NCBI GenBank assembly: GCA_963575745.1
Contig: CAUYUJ010000171.1
Span: 62,001-117,273, forward strand
Origin: Prorocentrum cordatum
Lineage: Eukaryota
Length of the DNA: 55,273 nt
Reading direction: 5' to 3'
The position numbers and the translations under genes are program-made. The notes under the pieces were generated by a model. That model was given only the letters and a program-made list of their open reading frames with translations, did no database searches and was not told where the DNA came from. Positions 48,206-55,273 of this stretch are shown here, one piece after another (positions within the stretch are counted from its first letter, which is position 1; every line of letters begins with the position of its first letter).

Positions 48206-49757
48206 ACGACGCGCGACGACGCCACTGGCGACGACGGCCACGCTGGCAGCGGGGCCCCGCGAGAGCTCCGCGGAGAGCCCGCTGGAGGAAGCGGGGCCGT
48301 CGCCCGCCGGGGGAGCGGCCGCGCGCGGGGCAGGGCGTGGCCTGCTGGAGTCGGGGGGCGATCGGCGAGGATCGAAGGCCACGCCCTTCTGCTCCTCCCT
48401 CCTCCTCCTCCTCCTCCTCGTCCTCCTCGTCCTCCTCCTCCTCCTCCACGCCCTGCTCCTCCTCCTCCTCTTCCTCCTCCTCCTCCCCCTCTTCCCCTCA
48501 ACTTCGGCCCCAAAAGCGCCTCCGTGCCCGAGGAGGGCCAGAGGAGCAGCCGTGGGATCACCCGAGGAGCGTCGAGCTCCTGCCCAAGCCGTTCCTCACT
48601 CCGGCGGACCTGGCTGCCGAGGCGACCGCCGAGCGCGGCGCGCTTCGGCCGTCGGGCCGTCCGGAGATCTTCGCGTCTCGAGGAGCGGATCGACTGCAGA
48701 AGTCACGTACCCCAAACTTATGCCTTGTCGAACCTCCAACAAGATGCGTGGCATGTTGGTAGGTCCACGGACGAAGCTCTGCATTCTTCGTAGGTTCGAC
48801 AGAAACTCGGGGATGAATCAACATGGAATCACTCCCGTACTCGAGCAGTTGCTATTCTTCACAACGGCGGACGAGGGACCTTCTCACATGAAGGTCCTAG
48901 AAGGCCTTGGGGCCTCGAAGAAGCGCTCTGCCCTGAGATCCTGGCGGTTCGATGTTGCACACCAGGCGTTTTCGCCCGGCCTTGGGCCCTGGGACTTTCA
49001 CAGATCGATCGAGCTCGAAAGATGGCGCAGAAGGATGGGATCTGGGGCTCCAGTCGTGATGTTTCTCATGGCATGCGGTGGGGAAACAACTCTGAAGAAC
49101 TAAATCCTCCTCCTTTTACGCTGGACTGTCTGCGGCAGCCGAAGCGTAGCGTCAGTCTTCCTCCTAATCCTCCTCCCCCTCATCGCCATCACCATCACCA
49201 TCATCATCACCATCACAATCATCATCATCACCATCATCACCATCATCATCATCAACCATCATCACCACCATCACCATCACCATCTCCATCACCATCACCA
49301 TCATCACCATCATCATCAACATAGTCATCATACTCATGATCATCACCCTCAGCATCGTCATCGCCATCATCATTGTAGTAACCACCATGATAATCTTCAG
49401 CAGCTCGTCATCATCAGCCACACCATCCTCATCATCTCAATTCGCATCATCATCGACAGCATCATCATCGTCATCATCAACATTATCGTATTAACCACCA
49501 TGATCATCAGCAACACAGCATCATCAGCATCATCATCGTCATCGTTATCGTCATCGTCATCAGATCACCATCGTCACCATCATCATCGCCAGCGTCGCCA
49601 TCATCAGCAACATCACCATCAATATCAACATTATCAACCACAGCATCAGCATCATCGTCGTCATCGTCGTCATCAGCATCATCATCGCCATCACCATCAA
49701 CATCGCAAACATTACACGCATCAGAATAACCAACATGATCGCCACCAACACCATGAC

Positions 49758-49790
<33 letters not shown>

Positions 49791-51282
49791 GTTCGGCATC
49801 ATAATCATCAACACCAGCAGCATCCTCATTATCTTCATCGTCACCATCAGCATCGCCATAATCATCATCAACAGCAGCGTCCTCGAAAGCAGCATCAGCA
49901 TCGTCGTAATCGACGACATCGTTGCAATCAGCATCAACGTCAGCATCATCATTCACCATCATCAGCATAATGATGATGATCATCATCATCATGATCATCA
50001 TTATCATCAGCAGCATTATTGTTCTCATCATCGGCATCATCATCATCGTCATCATCGCCACCCTCATCCTCATCACCATCACCACCACCATCACCATCAT
50101 CGTCATGATCAACATGACCATCTTCATCTTCATCAGCATCATCATCAACCTCGTCATCATAATCGTCATAATCATCACGACCATCATCATGATTATCACC
50201 ATCATCATTATCATCATCATCACCATCGTCATCCTCATCCTCCTCATTCTTCTTGTCCTCCTCCTCGTCGTCCTCCTTCGCCTTGTTCTTTTCTTCCCTC
50301 AGCCGCTCGGCCGCCCCCTACTCCTCACTTTCCTTCTCCTCCTGGCACCGCAGCTGAGGGGGGGGGGAGCAAGGCGCAGCAGCGTGTCCGAGGGGGAGGG
50401 GAAGGGAGGAGTGCGCTGGCGGAAGGGAGAGGGAGGCAGAGCAGCGGTAGGGAGGAGGAGGAGGAGGAGGAGGGCGAGGAGGATAGGAAGAGGAGAAGGA
50501 GGAGGAGGAGGAGGAGGAGGAGGAGGAGGAGGAGGAGGAGAGGCGAGGAGGAGAACCAGGAGGGAAATGTTCCCAGCGGCGCACAGCACTAATCGACACG
50601 ACAGTTGCGTGTCCTCGCACGAATGCAGCGCTCGCGAGGGTTTGGAAGAAGCGCGCGCAACTCGGGGCCGGGCGTCGCGAGGAGAAACACGACGGCGGAA
50701 TCGTGCGGCGCAGGAAGAGGAGGAGGATGATCACGAGGGAAAAATAAGAAGGATGATAAGAAAAAAAAAACGGCATGCAGGAGAAAAAGAAGGAAGAGGA
50801 GATGGAAGGGAGAGTAGAAGCGGGAGGGAAGCAGGGAGGGGGAGGGAATGGGAAAGAAGAGGAAGAAATAGAGGCAACGAAAACGAAAAGAGGATGCGGA
50901 AGGGAAAAAAGTGACGAGGAGGAAAATGGGGCCAGATGAAGCCGAGGCAGACGAGGAGGAGGAGGAGGATAAGAGGAAGAAACATAATAATGATACTAAG
51001 AAGAAGAAAAATAATAATAATAATAAGTGGGATCAAGAAAAAGGTGCATTCCTTCGTGGCAGCGAGGAGTGGGTAGGGGCATCGGTATCCCTTCCACCTC
51101 TGAATCGAGCAACAAACAACTACATAGACATAAACTTTTGGAAGTCCGCGCGGATTTCTTGGATCCGCGCCGGACCCCCCTCCCTGGCGCGCGGAGCGCG
51201 CCAGGGGCGGCGCCAGAGGCGCCGCCGGTGGGGCCCAAGCGCGTATCCAAGAAAATCCGCTCGGAGCGCCAACATGTTAACG

Positions 51283-51338
<56 letters not shown>

Positions 51339-51348
51339 CGTGTGTGTG

Positions 51349-51380
<32 letters not shown>

Positions 51381-51589
51381 CGTGTGTGTGTGTGTTTTGT
51401 CCTCCGGCTGAAGAAAGATGTGACGCAGGAGGAGAACAGAAGGCCGCAGAAACCGGCATCCAAACATTCGCTGTGCCGCGACGTGGGCGCCCTCAGAGAG
51501 GGGGCCAGACTGCTTCGGAACTGCCGGGGCGAGCTGATGCACGGCGCGCAAGCTGCCGCCGAAGACGCAGGGTGCCAGGGGGCTCCTGG

Positions 51590-53275
51590 CACCTGCTCCG
51601 TGGAGGGGAGGCCGTCCACCGCCACGGTGAAGAACGCATCGTCTTCGGCGAATTACTTATAGGTACGGCGGCGCGCCGATGGGGGGCACGCGAGAGAAGG
51701 CAGGCCCTCTCCGAGGGCGCCGGAGCCTGGGAGAAGCGCTCGAGAGCTTCCCAGAAGGCCGACGGGGGCCTTTCCGAGCCTCCTGAGACGGCCCGCCCAC
51801 TCTGCCTCTTCGCTTGGGCGCGCCACCGATGGTATGCACCAGCACCAGAACTAAATTTTGCACCGGGAGGTGGGTGGATGCCATGACCGTGGACACTCGA
51901 ACCGTTCTACCGTTGAATGAAACATGTCTTTCAGATGTCTTCTACAGGTCAAGACTGTTCGACCAATGCTTAAAGCATGCTCTAGCATTTTGAAGACATG
52001 CCTGGAACATGCTTTAGACATCTCTCCATCGACCGTCGTCCACAACCGCAGAGGGAGGAGAGCTGGGCGGAGGCAGGGTCGACACATCATGGCCAGAGGC
52101 ACGTGCGTGGACGAGCGGGGGGGGGCCAGGGAGCGTACCGAAAGAAGGGGGGTGGGGCCAGGAAACCCGCCCACTCTGCCTTCTCCCCTGGGCAGAGCGG
52201 AAGGGGCATAAACATAGACATACAGCAAAAAACAAGAATGAAGAGCATGTGCATAAACATGAAGAAGACCAACTATAAACAACAGCACACATCTAACGAA
52301 TAACGAACGGCAGAAACATAACCTTTTGGCGCTCCGCGCGGACTTCTTAGATCTGCGCTGGACCCTCTCCCTGGCGCGCGGGGCGCGCCACGGGCGGCGC
52401 GGGAGGCGCCGCCAGGGTGGCCGGCGCGAAGCGAAGAAATCCGCGCGGGGCGCCAGAAATTTATGCTTGTGGCGTTTTTTCTTCTTCGATTCCCCCCTGA
52501 GCAGAGCTGAGAGGTGCAGCCTCTAGAGCGGAGAAGTGCCGCGCGCGGTCTCTATTCACAGCCGGGCGCGGGACCTGCTCCGTGGAGGGGAGGCCGTCCA
52601 CCGCCACGGTGAAGAACGCAACGTCTTCGGCGAATTACTTATGGGTACGGCGGCGCGCCGAGGGGGGCACGCGAGAGAAGGCAGGCCCTCTCCGAGGGCG
52701 CCAGAGCCTGGGAGAAGCGCTCGAGAGCTTCCCAGAAGGCCGACGGGGGCCTTTCCGAGCCTCCTGAGACGGCCCGCCCACTCTGCCTCTTCGCCTGGGC
52801 GCGCCACCGATGGTATGCACCAGCACCAGAACTAAATCTTGCACTGGGAGGTGGGTGGATGCCATGATCGTGGACACTCGAACCGTTCTACCGTTGAATG
52901 AAACATGTCTTTCAGATGTCTTCTACAGGTCAAGACTGTTCGACCAATGCTCAAAGCATGCTCTAGCATTTTGAAGACATGCCTGGAACATGCTTTAGAC
53001 ATCTGGAAAGTACTCGGCTACATGCCTCCTCTCCATCGACCGTCGTCCACAACCGCAGAGGGAGGAGAGCTGGGCGGAGGCAGGGTCGACACATCATGGC
53101 CAGAGGCACGTGCGTGGACGAGCGGGGGGGGCCAGGGAGCGTACCGAAAGAAGGGGGGTGGGGCCAGGAAGCCCGCCCACTCTGCCGTCTCCCCTGGGCA
53201 GAGCGGAAGGGGCATAAACATAAACATAAACAGCAACAAACAAGAATGAAGAGCAGGGGCATAAACATGAAGAAG
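51590..53275. repeat. Direct duplication of ~690 bp (period ~980 bp)
   Basis: acctgctccgtggaggggaggccgtcc at ~51591 and ~52572. Confidence 0.9.
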
Positions 53276-53321
53276 GACAATGATAAGCAACAGCAGCCAC
53301 AACACCACCACCAACAACAAC

Positions 53322-53572
53322 AATCATTTTAAGACTGTTCGCCCTTCTATGCTCGAGTGTCCAGTAACGCGTATTTCCCAAAACCTCGACACCCGCCCTC
53401 TTCGTCTTCGATCGACCCCCTTTTGGGGGGTATACCTTTCTTCCCTGCAGGCCGGACCCCGGCAAGCGGCGGGGCGGCCGCGGACCGTCGGCCTGGCCAG
53501 CGGCAGCGTTGATCGGCGGGGCGGCCGCGGACCGTCGACCCGACCCCAAGAGGGACGGACAGGGGACCGACC

Positions 53573-53617
<45 letters not shown>

Positions 53618-54646
53618 TCGAAGACGACGGCGACGACGACGACGACGGCGACGACGAGCGAAAGCGAGAGAGAGAGAACGACAGCAGGGCCACGAAGGGC
53701 ACGAAGTAGGCCACGAAGGGCGACAGCGGGGACACGAAGGGAATGCGTATGGGGCCACGAAGAGTGCGAACGAGCGGGGGCCACGAAGTGCAGATAATGC
53801 GGGGCCACAGACTATGGGGCCACTGAGGGTAGCAACTGGGCCACGTAGGACAATGAGGGGGACACAATTGGCGACAGCGGGTCCACGAAGGGCATGCACA
53901 TGGGGCCACAACGGGCGCGTCTCCTGGGTGCCTGGGTGTCGGGAGCGCGGCGCTTGGGCAATTTGCAAGACATTCCCACACAAGGCTATTCTCAGTAAGT
54001 TGCAAGCAAGTCTTCAGCGAGAGCGCGACTCCAGAGCTCTCGGAGAGCGATTCCTGCATGCATAAATTGTAAGGAAGTCCTAAGTGAGAGCGCGACTCCT
54101 GAATACAATGCGAGGAAGTCTCGGGCGGGAGCGGGGGTCCTGCCTAAATTGTAAGGAAGTCTCAAGCGGGAGCCGTTGTTGTTGTAACCCGGGGGCCAGG
54201 GTGCCAGTTTGAGCAGGAACACTTTCCCTGTCAAAAAACAGGGTGCGAGCGTCGAGGGGCGCACTCTGATTGAGAAAAACAGTATGCACCGGTGGGGGGG
54301 GGATCAACAATAATTATTCTTCAGAAATGAAAATTCAACAATAATAACATCAACAACAACAACAATAATCATTTTAAGACTGTTCGCCCTTATATGCTCG
54401 AGTGTCCAATAACGCGCATTTCCCAAACCCTCGATACCCGCCCTTCTCGTCTTCGATCGAACCACTTTGGGGGGGTATATCATTCTTCCCTGCAGGCTGG
54501 GCCCCGGCAAGCGGCAGGGCGGCCGCGGACCGTCGGCCTGGCCAGCGGCAGCGCTGATCGGCGGGGCGGCCGCGGACCGTCGACCCGACCCCAAGAGGGA
54601 CGGACAGGGGACCGACCACGACGACGACGACGACGACGACGACGAG

Positions 54647-54730
<84 letters not shown>

Positions 54731-55273
54731 TATGTCGAAGACGACGGCAACGACGAGCGAAAGCGAGAGCTAGAGAGAACAACAGCAGGGCCACGAAGGG
54801 CACGAAGTAGGCCACGAAGGGCGACAGCGGGGACACGAAGGGAATGCGTATGGGGCCACGAAGAGCGCGAACGAGCGGGGGCCACGAAGTGCAGATAATG
54901 CGGGGCCACAGAAGGCAACCATGGGGCCACTGAGGGTAGCAACTGGGCCACGTAGGACAGTGAGGGGGACACAAATGGCGACAGCGGGGCCACGAAAGGC
55001 ATGCACATGGGGCCACAACGGGCGCGACTCCTGGGTGCCTGGGTGTCGGGAGCGCGGCGCTTGGGCAAATTGCAAGAAATTCCAACGCAAGGTTATTCTG
55101 CAGTAAGTTGCAAGCAAGTCTCCAGCGAGAGCGCGACTCCAGAGCTCCGGGAGAGCGATTCCTGAATAAATTGCAAGGAAGTCCCAAGCGAGAGCGAGAT
55201 TCCTGAATAACATGCGAGGAAGTCTCGGACGGGAGCGGGGGTCCTGGCTAAATTGTAAGGAAGTCTTAGGCGG
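53322..55273. repeat. Tandem ~1045-bp units of the same composite repeat (second unit truncated by the window end)
   Basis: aatcattttaagactgttcgccctt at 53322 and 54367. Confidence 0.9.

Noticed and set aside
1..55273. tRNA, rRNA, SL-RNA gene or an intact host gene
   Set aside because: None recognised. The SL matches are followed by mRNA-like sequence, not the GT intron of an SL-RNA gene. Short host exons cannot be excluded without transcript data.

Overview
GC-rich, repeat-saturated eukaryotic DNA. It is most likely dinoflagellate (Prorocentrum-like), inferred from three relics of the dinoflagellate spliced leader (SL; ...CCATTTTGGCTCAAG) and the repeat style. No intact protein-coding gene, RNA gene or CRISPR array is supported, and nearly all long ORFs in the track are translations of (CCT)n, (CAT)n or (GAC)n tracts. 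The real coding signal is decayed mobile DNA: (i) a near full-length minus-strand LINE (ORF1, APE endonuclease, RT, probable CCHC tail) that begins at an SL relic, (ii) a PIF1/Helitron-type helicase C-terminus, (iii) a Merlin/IS1595-type DDE transposase interrupted by two precisely removable inserts, and (iv) an SL-headed ~1.1 kb retrocopy with weak but correctly ordered C5-DNA-methyltransferase motifs. At least 11 families of short palindromic elements are present. They mostly share T...A termini, yet their target-site duplications (TSDs) range from about 3 to 9 bp. Other structures include a ~1.7 kb degenerate palindrome and several tandem arrays. The most intriguing signals are SL-capped retroelements preceded by (CCT)n tracts and an apparently directional T:A->C:G hypermutation of transposon remnants. 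All protein assignments come from manual motif reading, not database searches.
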